Source: Dipteris shenzhenensis (lineage: Eukaryota). From it: a DNA stretch of 64,000 nucleotides. A model generated the notes under the pieces. The model worked only from the letters and a program-made list of their open reading frames with translations, was not told the DNA's origin and made no database searches. The position numbers were made by a program, and so were the translations under genes. Below, piece after piece: positions 23,442 to 35,119 of this stretch; the stretch's first letter is position 1; each line of letters starts with the position of its first letter. Location: assembly GCA_047967505.1 (NCBI GenBank), contig CM106538.1. One strand, given 5' to 3'.

Positions 23442-24930
23442 TTTCCATAAAAGTCAAAACCCAATCTCATATGCTAGGATTGAGTCAGTCATATGCTTGT
23501 TCTCTATCCAAATTTGATAATACACAAACACTAACCAAGTATACGTGTGGATTATTGCCATCTCCATTTGGAACCATTGGCATAAGTGAGCTTGCCATCT
23601 CAATCATGGAGCATATATCCTCTTAATTTACATTAATCCTTCCAACTAACCATGCACATAACTAAATTAGCCACCATATTGTTGTTCTATTTTCCTCCTA
23701 GTCCCAAGATGAATCTAAATATGGAAGGGTTTGAGATTGTGCATCCGATTTAACCTTTTGTTGCTATCTTGATTAGAGTTCATCGGCAATCTCGATCTTG
23801 TCTATTCATACACCTAGTAACATGAAGAATTCTTGGAACCTTTGATAAGGGAATGCACTTTTCTTCAAAATCAATCGTATATTCAAATTAAGGATACACT
23901 AAATCCAAGAAATGAAACTCAATTATAATGAAAAACACCACCCATCTGGAAAACAAGAGAAACATATATTAAACTTTGATGTCTATACAATATTTATTGT
24001 ATATTGCATCCAATAGATGCACTTTGTACAAAATATTTGCTTGCTTAGCTTTAGCTACTATTGTTGCTCTCCTCTGAGTTGACAAAACAGTGGGTTCACT
24101 GAAAGATTCTACAAGCTTCCCAGCGTCATAAACACCCATCGAAGCACCCATTGTAGCAACCGCCATGATTCTTCCTGCTAGTTTCTGTCCAAAAGTAGAT
24201 AGTGCCATGTCCCACCTCACCAAAATACACTTGCGCATAGAAGGGGGTAAAGGCACAAGGCCCGACTAGCTTTGAAGTGCCCTTGACTTTATCATCTCTT
24301 CCTTCCCATAAGGGGAGAATAAAGTATGGAAGCACACTAGGCTATGGCACTCGAACATTCCCATGTAGTGTCCTAGAGCTGAATCCACACCGATGCTATC
24401 ACCTCGACCCCCTTTACGTGTCGCAAACTTATCAACTTCGATGATGTCCTAAAAATTGAGATAACATTAGTAATCTTTTCAATACTAAACTAAGAACATA
24501 AATTCATTCATATTGACAAAATGTCATGAACTTATAATGTGGGTAGCATCTTGTTCGTCCATTCCCGGTTGAGTGATATCGATGCAGCTTTTGCTCTCAT
24601 CAATTGCTGGAGGTGGTGCTCATGATGAGGCCTCTGCAGTATTCTCAAGTCTCTAGCTTTTGTTTTTAAAAGACCCTTGCAAAGTTTGGAGCTGAACCGA
24701 TGGTGGGATATACAGACGCAAATGTCCATTGTGCATTTTTCCTTCACATACATAGCATCCACATGCAAATATGGGCATTCGAATTCCATGGTGTCACATC
24801 TGGCATCCAATGCACCTTATACTTTGCAAGGACATTAGAACAACTTGTTTTAAGACCCTTGCAAAGTTTGGTACTGAACTGACGGTGTGGTATATGGATC
24901 TCAGTGTTCGTTGCACTTGTTTCCTTCATA

Positions 24931-25187
24931 TGACAAAATATGAAGAGGGGAGAGGAGAAGAGTGGAGATGAGGAGAGAGGGCACAGCTAGAGAGCACACC
25001 ACAAATGACTAACTGTACACTAGAATTAGTTGAAAAAATAGAATATATACAAACCCTTTTAGGGTTAGGGTTAGGGAAGCTAACCCTTTCCTTTATAGCA
25101 CTCTATAAGGTTAGTGCTATGCACATATGATCACGTGATGGTGCTATGCACACATGATCACATGATGTTGAGCGTGAACTCTCAACA
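24931..25187 (-). repeat. 3' LTR of Copia C
   Basis: No difference seen versus 30261-30517. Confidence 0.96.
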
Positions 25188-25275
25188 CCTTCCCTCAAGA
25201 TCAACATCATGAAGTAGGCCTTCCCTCAAGATGATGATTCTGGGGAATCGAAGAAGGACTGAGCATTACATTCCA

Positions 25276-27549
25276 TCACACCCCTTTAATGGGAATGTCC
25301 TTCCTCTGCATCAAACCAAGAGCTAGTCGGTGTTTCTCGAATAGCTCTTTACCGAGTGGTTTGGTAAAGATGTCTGCAACATTTTCTTTGCTATCACAAT
25401 GCTGCAGTGTGATGTCACCAAGTAACACTCTTTCTCTGATGAAGTGCTCTCTGACATCAATGTGCTTTGTTCTGGAGTGATATACTGGATTTTTGGCCAA
25501 TGCTTGAGCCGATTGATTATCACAGTATATTGTTGTTGGCTTTGACTCATCAAAGTAATCTGTTTCTGACAATAGTCTTCTGAGCCATATAGCCTCACAT
25601 GCACCTGTAGTGAGTGCCCTATATTCTGCTTCAGTCGAAGACAAAGAAACAGTTGGCTGTTTGTTTGACAACCATGATATAGCACCTTGACCAAGGAAAA
25701 ATGCATATCCCTGTGTCGATCTCCTGGTCTCATGATCTCCAGCATAGTCACTGTCACAGTATCCATGCAACCGTGGATGACTTCCTCTGTATTCTATCCC
25801 AAATTGTCTTGTACCTCTGATGTATCTCAAGACTCTTTTGGCTGCATTCCAGTGAGACTGTTTTGGATTTGCCATAAACTGTGCTAGTGAGCTTACTGCA
25901 TAACAAATATCTGGCCGTGTGATTGTCAGATATATAAGAGATCCAATGAGTTGCCTGTAGTATCTGTCATTGACTGTAGGCTTTTCTGAATCTTTAGTAA
26001 GTTTCAAACTCTGTTCCATGGGAGTGGCTGCAATCTTGCAATCTGCCATATGAAACTTCTTCAGGAGACTGTCAACATATTTGAGCTGACTCATGAATGT
26101 GCTATCTGAATCTCTCCAGAACTCAATTCCAAGACAATAGTGCATAAGTCCAAGATCTTTCATGTCGAACTCTGCAGATAAGTCTTGTTTTAGCTTTCTG
26201 ATGAAGCTATCCTTGCTTCCTGTCACAATCAGATCATCTACGTACAAAAGTGCAATAGTAATATCTTCCCCTTGAACTTTGTAGTAGAGAGTATGATCTG
26301 CATTGGACTTCATGTATCCCAGATCAGCAAAATACTTGTCAATTCTGCTGTACCAACTTCTGGGTGCTTGCTTTAAGCCATAGAGACTTTTCTTGAGATG
26401 GCAAACCTTGTTCTCCTGTCCTGGTTCAACATAACCGGCTGGTTGTTGCATGTAGACTTCCTCGTCTAGATAACCATTGAGAAATGCATTCTTGACATCG
26501 AGCTGATACACATTCCATTTACTGAGTGTCGCTAGTGATATCAAGAACCGTATGGAATCCATCTTTGCTACTGGAGCATAAGTCTCATCATAATCTTGAC
26601 CATATTGTTGTGCAAATCCTTTTGCAACTAATTTGGCTTTGTATCTCTGAATACTGCCATCTGGATTGTACTTCACTTTGTATACCCATTTGTTGGCTAT
26701 GGCCTTCTTTCCTGGTGGAAGGTCACATAATTCCCAAGTGTTATTTTTATACAAAGCATCCATTTCTTCATTCATTGCAGTTTGCCATTCTGGCTTATCT
26801 ACTGCGTCTTCGAAGTACACTGGCTCTTCTGTAGCCATGATGGTAGTCATAAGAGCATAGTTGGTGGTTTCCACCTGAATTGCTTTGCCTTTCTGAGCAT
26901 ATGTCAATCTGGCTGGTGGTCTGCTTTCCCTAGTAGACCGTCTGAGCTGCTGTGACGCTGATTGGGGTGTTGCTGGCAATTCTTGCTCTTCTTCATCAAC
27001 CTGTTCTGTAGATGACTGTGAAGTCGATGCTTCTATCTCCTGTGTAGGTGAGGTTTTCCATTCTGATTCCTCATCGAAGATTACATCTCTGGAGATAATG
27101 ACTTTGCGGTTGATGGGATCATACAATTTGTATGCTTTACTTTCTTCACTGTAGCCAACCATGATGCATTTGCGTGACTTCGCATCCAATTTCCTGCGAT
27201 GATCATCATGTATGTGGGCATATGCTATGCAACCAAATATGCGGAGATGCCCAATGCGTGGCTTGTGTCCAGTGAATGCTTCATAAGGAGTCATACCTTG
27301 TATCGGTTCGGTAGGAAGCCGATTAAGCAAGTAGTTAGCTGTAGCTATTGCTTCTGCCCAATACTGATTCGGAAGATGCTTTTCACTAAGCATTGCTCTA
27401 GCACTGTCTGCTAAAGTCCCATTCTTCCTTTCAGCTATTGCATTTTGCTGAGGAGTATCTGCACATGTGAATTGTCTTCGAATGCCGTGAGTTTTGCAAA
27501 AGTTCATGAAGGCTGAAGACATGTATTCACCTCCTCTGTCTGATCTCAT
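25276..27549 (-). CDS. pol: Copia C partial integrase plus complete RT-RNase H (757 aa, open)
   Basis: Begins at RSDRGGEY (second integrase D); then TPQQNAIAERKN, QLDVKNAFLNG, LYVDDL, DSDYAG, TEAEY and ADIFTK. No stops. Confidence 0.93.
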   Translation of the reverse strand: MRSDRGGEYMSSAFMNFCKTHGIRRQFTCADTPQQNAIAERKNGTLADSARAMLSEKHLPNQYWAEAIATANYLLNRLPTEPIQGMTPYEAFTGHKPRIGHLRIFGCIAYAHIHDDHRRKLDAKSRKCIMVGYSEESKAYKLYDPINRKVIISRDVIFDEESEWKTSPTQEIEASTSQSSTEQVDEEEQELPATPQSASQQLRRSTRESRPPARLTYAQKGKAIQVETTNYALMTTIMATEEPVYFEDAVDKPEWQTAMNEEMDALYKNNTWELCDLPPGKKAIANKWVYKVKYNPDGSIQRYKAKLVAKGFAQQYGQDYDETYAPVAKMDSIRFLISLATLSKWNVYQLDVKNAFLNGYLDEEVYMQQPAGYVEPGQENKVCHLKKSLYGLKQAPRSWYSRIDKYFADLGYMKSNADHTLYYKVQGEDITIALLYVDDLIVTGSKDSFIRKLKQDLSAEFDMKDLGLMHYCLGIEFWRDSDSTFMSQLKYVDSLLKKFHMADCKIAATPMEQSLKLTKDSEKPTVNDRYYRQLIGSLIYLTITRPDICYAVSSLAQFMANPKQSHWNAAKRVLRYIRGTRQFGIEYRGSHPRLHGYCDSDYAGDHETRRSTQGYAFFLGQGAISWLSNKQPTVSLSSTEAEYRALTTGACEAIWLRRLLSETDYFDESKPTTIYCDNQSAQALAKNPVYHSRTKHIDVREHFIRERVLLGDITLQHCDSKENVADIFTKPLGKELFEKHRLALGLMQRKDIPIKGV

Positions 27550-27926
27550 GACCTTGATTTTTCTGCCTGTCTGGTGTTGAGCTGTGCTAGCATGACATCT
27601 TGCACATTCTGCTTGATCAGGTGATAGGCATACTTGTCTTTCTTATCCCATTCTGCTTGAGCTCGGGCAATGGCAGGATCTGCTACTGGTGCGGAAACTG
27701 TTTGTGTAGATGTAGATCCCGATGTAGATCCCGTTGCTGGTGCTGTGACAACAGATGGAGTAGAGCTACTGGTGGCTGGATCTGCCAATGGTCTAGGTAT
27801 GGATCCATCGACATACTCCCATTTGTCCTGAAGCACAAGAATGGTCTCCATTCGGTATTTCCATGTACCGTAATTGGAGTTGTCTAACTTAGCAGATGCC
27901 TCCAGATTGAGGTTGCTAGTCGACAT
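27546..27926 (-). pseudogene. gag: Copia C truncated gag N-terminus
   Basis: MSTSNLNLEASAKLDNSNYGTWKYRMETIL...WEYVDG...WDKKD. It joins integrase-derived sequence out of frame near 27580. No knuckle or protease. Confidence 0.88.
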
Positions 27927-28779
27927 GGTGCAAACAATGTACTCAAAAAGTGTCCTGGAAAACTCTGTATGAATCAACTGCAAATACACTGAAGATGCCA
28001 AGTGAAATCTCTGTACCGTCGGTGAAGATAGAACTGCAGTAAATAAGATCTGACCTGTATTACAAGGCTTGTGGCAATGATGCCGGGAATAGCCAAGAGG
28101 CTTTACAAGGTTGAAAAATGATGTGCACGATGCCGTGAGATAGCCAAATAGGCTTTACAATGGTGGCATGTGTGTGTGAAATCAAGTGCTATCTGCCCAC
28201 TGAATCAATCTGCAATGCCTCTGAACTCTGAAGTCTGCTCACTGAACTGATGAACGTAAGGTTTCAGGTAATGCAATGATGTGAAATCGGATGTGAGCGT
28301 ATGGACTGACTCCGAGTAGGTACTAGTCGGGAATTTCGGGCATGGCTTAGATTGGCAACTTGGGGAATTCAAAGCGTCCCCTCTATGGCGATCTAGTCTA
28401 CTCTGATCTAGATCTAAACCAACCATCGATCGATGAAAGAACAGCAAATAATTCCTTTTCCTTTGTTCTTTTTAAGTGCTGGGTCAGATGCGTCAATGTA
28501 GAGGCAAATGTGCGTGAAGGAAGTGGTTTTGTCGGCGAGGATCAAATGTGAGTGTAACTTGCGTTGAAATGTGTGCATGATGTAACGAGCGCGTAGAGCA
28601 CAAAAAATCGAGCGACTTTCCTTTTTGGAGCACCCTCAAATTCTTCCTGGATCAAGAGATATGACTTGATCTAGGTGGAGGGGCAAAAGGAGTGCAAATG
28701 GTGCTCAATGATGATGTGTCACTGTGAGTCACATGCAGTGATGATGTGGCACTGTGCTTAGCAAGAGGTGTGCCAGTGA

Positions 28780-29275
28780 AGCTCTGTGCTGAGGTGGCAG
28801 TGCTGAGGTGTCACTGATGACGTGGCACAGATGACGTGGCAGATGACGTGGCAGATGACGTGGCCTGATGACGTGTCACTGATGACGTGGCAGGTGACGT
28901 GGCTGATGACGTGTCACTGATGACGTGGCAGGTGACGTGGCTGATGACGTGTCACTGATGACGTGGCTGATGATGTGTCACTGATGACGTAGCCAGATGA
29001 CGTGGCTGATGACGTGTCACTGATGATGTGGCCAGATGACGTGGTTGATGACGTGGCAGCTGACGTGGCTGATGACGTGTCACTGATGACGTGGCAGCTG
29101 ACGTGGCAGAGGTGACGTGGCAGCTGACGTGGCAGAGGTGACGTGGCCTGATGACGTGTCACTGGATAAGATGATGACGTGGCACTGTGGATAGGGTGCC
29201 ACGTGGCTGATCCTTGACCACACCTCTGTGTGTGGTGACCCTGGGTGGATAAGGTTGGGGATAAAGCCACGTGTC
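28780..29275. promoter_or_regulatory. Tandem array of ABRE/G-box/hex-like ACGT motifs in the Copia C leader
   Basis: About 26 TGACGT cores, mostly TGACGTGGC or TGACGTGTC, at 12-15-bp spacing (28818-29185). Also a palindromic GCCACGTGGC at ~29198 and GCCACGTGTC at ~29266. Regulatory function is inferred, not shown. Confidence 0.6.
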
Positions 29276-30260
29276 TCAAGGAGGGAGATCGGAATCTTTG
29301 AAAGATTCTGACGGAATCTTCGAGATTCCGTCTCCCTGCGGATTTCCGTCGACTTCGAAGCTCTGTGAGGCTTGGTGAGGCGGTTGACACGCTGATCGTA
29401 TACCGTATATCCTTCGCCTCAGGAGCTTTCGGACTCCTATCGAGCCTTCAGCTGCTCGACGCTCACCTTGTAGACGCGTTGACGTAGGAGCTTGGAGTCG
29501 GCTTTGGACGTTGCACTGCGTGTTGGAGCATCGTGAGCGGCTGAGATATGGTCTTTGTGTGTGCTTGGAGCTTGCGACGCCCTGTGCTAGTACAGAAAGC
29601 CGCAGAGGCGCTGCTTGTGGAGGTGCCACAGAGGCGCTGATTGCTGGAGACGCTGCGTGAAGGAGCTGCTGCTAGCGATGTTTGCTTTAAATGGTCAGCT
29701 GGTTGCCCGTGTGCTCTTGCAAAGAGCTTGAAGGAGGCAGAGCCAAGGAGCCAGTCGTTGAAGGAGCTGGCTATACACCGAAAAACTAAGAGCTGCTGTA
29801 GATGGAGAGGTTTTGGCGCTGGGCAGCAAGGCCGCTATGGAAGCGCTGCTGTCGATGGAGGCTATTCGTTGTTGCTACGAGGCTGTTGAAGAGAAGGCCG
29901 TAGTTGAAGAGCCCGTTGAAGGAGGGTTGTTGGCCGAGAAGCTACAGATCTAACTTCTCTCCCTCACACTCCCTAGAATCAAGCTAGAGCATATCTTTCT
30001 CTCAATAAACTCAGAAACTATCTCATGGGCTCTCTCTCTCAACTCAAGAGACACTCAAAGGAAGGAACTAAAAATCTCTCAAGAATGAACTCAAAGAAAG
30101 AAGAATGGACGGAAATTTCTTCTCAATGACGGAAATTTCTCTCAACGGAAGTGAAGGGAAAGATCTCACAATCACTCAAGAGAACTCTCAATCTCACAAT
30201 CTCTCTCACACTCTCAAGAAACTCAATGTCTCAACGGAAGACAAGGGAGCTCTGATACCA

Positions 30261-30517
30261 TGACAAAATATGAAGAGGGGAGAGGAGAAGAGTGGAGATG
30301 AGGAGAGAGGGCACAGCTAGAGAGCACACCACAAATGACTAACTGTACACTAGAATTAGTTGAAAAAATAGAATATATACAAACCCTTTTAGGGTTAGGG
30401 TTAGGGAAGCTAACCCTTTCCTTTATAGCACTCTATAAGGTTAGTGCTATGCACATATGATCACGTGATGGTGCTATGCACACATGATCACATGATGTTG
30501 AGCGTGAACTCTCAACA
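30261..30517 (-). repeat. 5' LTR of Copia C
   Basis: Adjacent to the PBS; TATA-like GCTATAAAGG on the minus strand. Confidence 0.96.
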
Positions 30518-31547
30518 TCATATACATTGCATCCACATGCAAATATGAGCATTCTTGTTCCCTGGTGGCACATCCGGCATCTGATGCACCTTACACTTTG
30601 AAAGGACATTAAAAAACCTAGTTTTAAGACCCTTGCAAAGATTAGTGCTGAACTAATTTATATGGATGTCGGTGTCCATTGCACATTTTTCCTTCATATT
30701 GCGTAGCATCCACATGCAAATATGTGCATTCTTGCTCCCCGGTGGCACATACAGCATCCAATCCACATGATACTTTGGAAGGACATTAAAACCATCTTTT
30801 CTAAGACCCTTGCAAAATTGGGTGCTAATACGATGGTGGGATATACAGATGTGGATGTCCACTGTGCATTTTTCCTTCACATACATAGCATCCACATGCA
30901 AATATGGGCATTTTAATTCCTCGGTGTTGCATCCAATATCCAATGCACCTTACACTTTGTAAGGACATTAAAACAACTTGTTTAAAGACCCTTGCAAATT
31001 TTGGTGCTGATCTAATGGTGTGGTATACGTATGTTAGTGTCCATTGCACTTGTTTCCTTCATATACATAGCATCCACATGCGAATATGAGCATTCTTGTT
31101 TCCCGGTGGTACATCCGGCATACAATACACCTTACAAGAGTAGATGACAGAGTTGGTTGTTTTTCTCGAAGTAGGCAGGACATCATTCCCCACAAGACAG
31201 CCAGAAGAGAAAGAGGAGGAAGGAGAGCAAAAAGAGAAGGAAGAAGGTATGACAAATGAGGTTTTGATGCAAACCCTTCCATATATTTTGATTGAAAAAA
31301 GAGAATATTTATTATTGATTGACATTCAATATATTGAAAAATTGAGAGAAGATGAAGTACAGGGGGCACTCTCCACTTGGGAGAGTAGTAGTAACTTAGG
31401 TTACCCAGAAGAGGGGTTGGATAGGTGCACAGATTTGGTACCTGCAAACACTTTGGAGCATCTGATCTTAACTGTGTGGGAGGAAATGCAACAGTTACAG
31501 AGACAGAGTTCCGTGAGGTCCAAGAAATATTGGAGGTAGAGAGGGCA

Positions 31548-32517
31548 TATGCTCTTATGACTACCATCATGGCTACAGAAGAGCCAGTGTACTTCGAAGA
31601 CGCAGTAGACAAGCCAGAATGGCAAACTGCTATGAATGAAGAAATGGATGCTTTGTATAAGAAGGATTTATGCGACCTTCCACCAGGAAAGAAGGCCATA
31701 GCAAATAAATGGGTGTACAAAGTGAAGTACAATCCATATGGAAGTATTCAGAGATACAAAGCCAGACTAGTTGCAAAAGGATTTGCACAACAATATGGTC
31801 AAGACTATGATGAGACTTATGCTCCAGTAGCAAAGATAGATTCCATACGGTTCTTGATATCACTAGCGACACTCAGCAAATGGAATGTGTATCAGCTCGA
31901 TGTCAAGAATGCATTTCTCAATGGTTACCTAGACGAGGAAGTCTACATGCAACAACCAGCAGGTTATGTTGAACTAGGAAAGGAGAATAAGGTTTGCCAT
32001 CTCAAGAAAAGCCTTTACAGCTTAAAGCAAGCACCCAGAAGTTGGTATAGCAGAATTGACAAGTATTTTGCTGATCTGGGATACATGAAGTCCAATGCAG
32101 ATCATACTCTCTACTACAAAGTTCAAGGGGGACATTACTATTGCACTTTTGTACATAGATGATCTGATTGTGACAGGAAGCAAGGATAGCTTCATCAGAA
32201 AACTAAAACAAGACTTATCTATAGAGTTTGACATGAAAGATCTTGGATTTATGCACTATTGTCTTGGAATTGAGTTCTGGAGAGATTCAGATAGCACATT
32301 CATGAGTCAGCTCAAGTATGTTGACAATCTCCTGAAGAAGTTTCATATGGCAGATTGCAGGATTGCAACCACTCCCATGGAATAGAGTTTGAAACTTACT
32401 AAAGATTCAGAAAAGCCTACAGTCAATGATGGATACTACAGGTAGCTCATCAGATCTCTTATATATCTGACAATCACATGGCCAGATATTTGTTATGTAG
32501 TAAGCTCATTAGCACAG
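31548..32517 (+). pseudogene. pol: Copia C-family RT fragment, inverted relative to element C
   Basis: Near-identical reverse complement of 25879-26859 (YALMTTIMATEEPV...QLDVKNAFLNG...LYIDD) with a small deletion, a frameshift and stops. Confidence 0.93.
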
Positions 32518-32879
32518 TGTGGGGGTTAAAGGTCACTGTGCCTTTACCCCGGTTATGTACAATACTCAAACACATATATAAATGAATGAAAAAGAAGATT
32601 AGGGTGGTTCTGCACCCACCAAAACTTGTGGCTCTCTGTCTCTCTCTCTGTCTCTGTCTCTCTCTCCTTCTTCCGTTCTTGCTTCCGTTGAGAGCACTCT
32701 CAACTGGTATCAGAGCCCGGGTGATCTAGCTGAGCGTGCGTGAATGCTTGAAGCTTAGCAGCTCTGTGGGAGGAAGGAGAAGCTCTGTGGGAAGCTTTGT
32801 GGGTGACTTTACTTACATCCGAGTGTGCAGATACCTTGGAGGAACCTTTGGAAAAGTTACTTTGGCTTTGCGAAGTGGT
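32518..32879 (+). mobile_element. Truncated Copia D-family copy: 5' LTR (32518-32702), PBS and start of leader
   Basis: Matches 47682-48028. The LTR is lengthened by a CT/GT microsatellite expansion. TGGTATCAGAGCC at 32705. Confidence 0.93.
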
Positions 32880-35115
32880 CTAGTATTTCATCTTGGAATG
32901 GCAAAGGAAAATGATCCCTCTTAGTGCGTGCATTCAAAGGACGAAATTCCACACAAACCCACAACTTATTTTCTTTGGTGTGACAACTACAGGAGATATG
33001 CATTCTGAATCATCAATAGGAAAGTTGAATCCTGCCTCAAGTAGTTGTTTTACTACTTTCTTTAGTGCCTCAGCTTGGATCACCCCCAATCACCTTAAGC
33101 ATTGCACAACTGGCTTGCTTTCTGGCTTCAACTCAATCTTGTGCTCCAGAAGAGAGATTGATTGAACCTGTGAATAGCTTGTTGCAAAGAGATATGGGAA
33201 ATCATCTAACATATCCAAGTACTAGACCTTCTCACTACTAGAGAATCACCAAGAAGCTCTTCATTGCATTGGCATCGTTTAGTGTGCTCCACATCCTCCA
33301 CATGAAGTGTCTCTACAGGATCTTCTTGTACCACCACCTTGTTCCTCCCTCCTGACTCTCATCCCGATCAGCACCAAGACAAAGACCAAAGGCCACTCCT
33401 TCCACCTCACCCTTTGAGCTGGACTCCTCGGAGCTACACCCTGTCTCTTCTTCTTCATCGATTGAACTCTTTGATGTTGAAGACTCCTCCTTGACAACTT
33501 CCTTTTTGTGACTTCAGATGTTGTAGCGCACCTTCTTATCATTTCCATGCAAAATCAATTCTCCAGTATCCCACTTTTGAACAACCTTCACCTTGCGTAG
33601 CCAAGGCCTTCCCAAATCAATGGATAGGCATGTGCATCTGGCTTGGTAGGGATCACCTGAAAAGTAGTCCATCCACTTCTAGATTCTTCACAACTCCCAA
33701 GGTCTTTACCCTAGTGTTGTCAACCAATTTGATGTGATAGGGAGAGGTAGTACTAGCGTCTTTTAAATCAACATCTATCATGCTCTTCTCACTCATGACA
33801 TTAATCGATGCTTCTTGTGGCAATCTCTTTCATAGTGTCCACACTTATGATGGTAGTTGCACTAGATGTTTGACACGTTGGTGGATGCATTCCCTTGTCC
33901 TTGAAATCTTTGTCAATTGGAATGATTTCCTCTTACCTCCATCAATGTAAACATTAGAAATCACTTGACCATCAATGATCACATCAACCATAGGTACATC
34001 ATCACCAACATCTATATCTACCTTGTTAACAACAAGAGTGGCACTTTTATTCTTTTTCTTCTTTGACACTCTTGTGCTTGCTAGCTTTCCCCATTCTTTC
34101 CGTAGATTTGGAAACAAAGCAAGTAATTGACCAAAGGTGATATGATCTTCCTTTTCTTTCAGGTCGGACAACAAGTCATAGCTTCCAATGCCTTGTCCTA
34201 AAGGAAAGTCTAACTGATGTTCCTCATCTACTTCTTCCTTGCTTTCTTCTTCTTCTTTTGCTTTACCACACCCTCGCTTATCCATCATTACCTCTCTTTC
34301 CTCATCCCCTGAAGAAGCTTCTAACAAGGATACTTGTTTTTCTTCTTTTTTTCTCAATCTAGGACACTCAGGGTGATTGTGACCTTTTTCATTACATTCA
34401 TAGCAAGTGACCCCACTCTTATCTCAAGGCCCTATCCTCACTCTTTGGTGCTCTAGGTTGTCGTGCATTAACCGAATGCAATTTCAAATTAGCAAACTCT
34501 GCCATCAATTGGGATATATTATGATCTAACTCAAAGGACTTTGGTACCTGAGGAGTTCCTATTACCTCCAACTTAGAAGTTGAAGACACAAAAGAGGATT
34601 CGATCTTTAGAGAAGCTTCTTTCTTGGTCGCAATGCAAAGTGCCTTCACATATGTCGTTGGATCTTTAATCATTACTTTTGAGCGAAGATGAGGCTCCAA
34701 AGCCATAACAAATTTTCTCATCTTTGAGTGCTCCATCCCTACGAGACTTTGAGGGGTTGATGATGTAGATGCCACAGCTCGCAAAGCTGCCTTTTCATAC
34801 TTTGTCCATAAAGTTTCATATCGGATTGCCAATGCAGAGACCATTCCACCATCTCCTTGATAGAACCGGTCCAACTACAACATCAAAGAATTTGGCGACT
34901 CCACTGCCCCAAATCTCTACTTCATTGCAGCCACCACTTGGTCCCGGTCCTCCTTGGTCGAGGCCTCATGCCAACTCAAGGCTACACCTTCAAGAAAATC
35001 AGGCAAAATCTCCGCCCGCCGATCCTTCATGGACCATCTAGAAAGCTAGCATCCTCGAACAAAATCCTGAAGATAAGACTTCGGGTCTTCCCCTTGGGTC
35101 CCTCGAAACACTAGA
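32880..35115 (-). pseudogene. gag-pol: Ty3/gypsy gag-protease-RT(N-term) remnant
   Basis: KFVMALEPHLRSKV (gag), a degenerate knuckle near 34390, VYIDGG|ASINVM protease, LGRPWL, and LEHKIELKP...ISPVVVTPKK resembling the 5519 RT. Confidence 0.82.
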
Positions 35116-35119
35116 ATCT

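Larger units (their letters stand above)
24931..30517 (-). mobile_element. Element C: very young, internally deleted Ty1/copia LTR retrotransposon
   Basis: Identical 257-bp LTRs at 24931-25187 and 30261-30517. TSD TCATA at 24926-24930 and 30518-30522. Perfect PBS TGGTATCAGAGC (30249-30260). PPT GAGGGAAGG next to the 3' LTR. Confidence 0.97.
24660..31136. repeat. ~182-bp tandem repeat (about 5 units), interrupted by Copia C at 24931-30517
   Basis: Marker CATCCACATGC at 24756, 30530, 30707, 30889 and 31071; spacings 182 (after removing the insert), 177, 182, 182. Confidence 0.88.

Noticed and set aside
23450-24660. Host gene exons or hAT-like transposase
   Set aside because: Short ORFs with no motif I can recognise in any frame; left unannotated.
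25051-25076. Interstitial telomere or chromosome-fusion scar
   Set aside because: Only three units, present in both LTRs, so it is part of the element.
28914-29390. Ser/Thr-rich 158-aa protein
   Set aside because: The ORF is a by-product of the TGACGTGGC array, which lacks stops in that frame.
31140-31547. Novel N-terminal domain fused to RT (ORF 31425-32162)
   Set aside because: The RT similarity starts abruptly at 31548. The upstream part has its own longer ORF in a different frame, so the fusion looks like a chance rearrangement junction.
33812-33936. Spliceosomal intron in the gypsy protease (G|GTAAG...AG)
   Set aside because: Splicing would remove one Gly of IDGGAS, there is no pyrimidine tract, and the insert translates as a Copia zinc-knuckle fragment.
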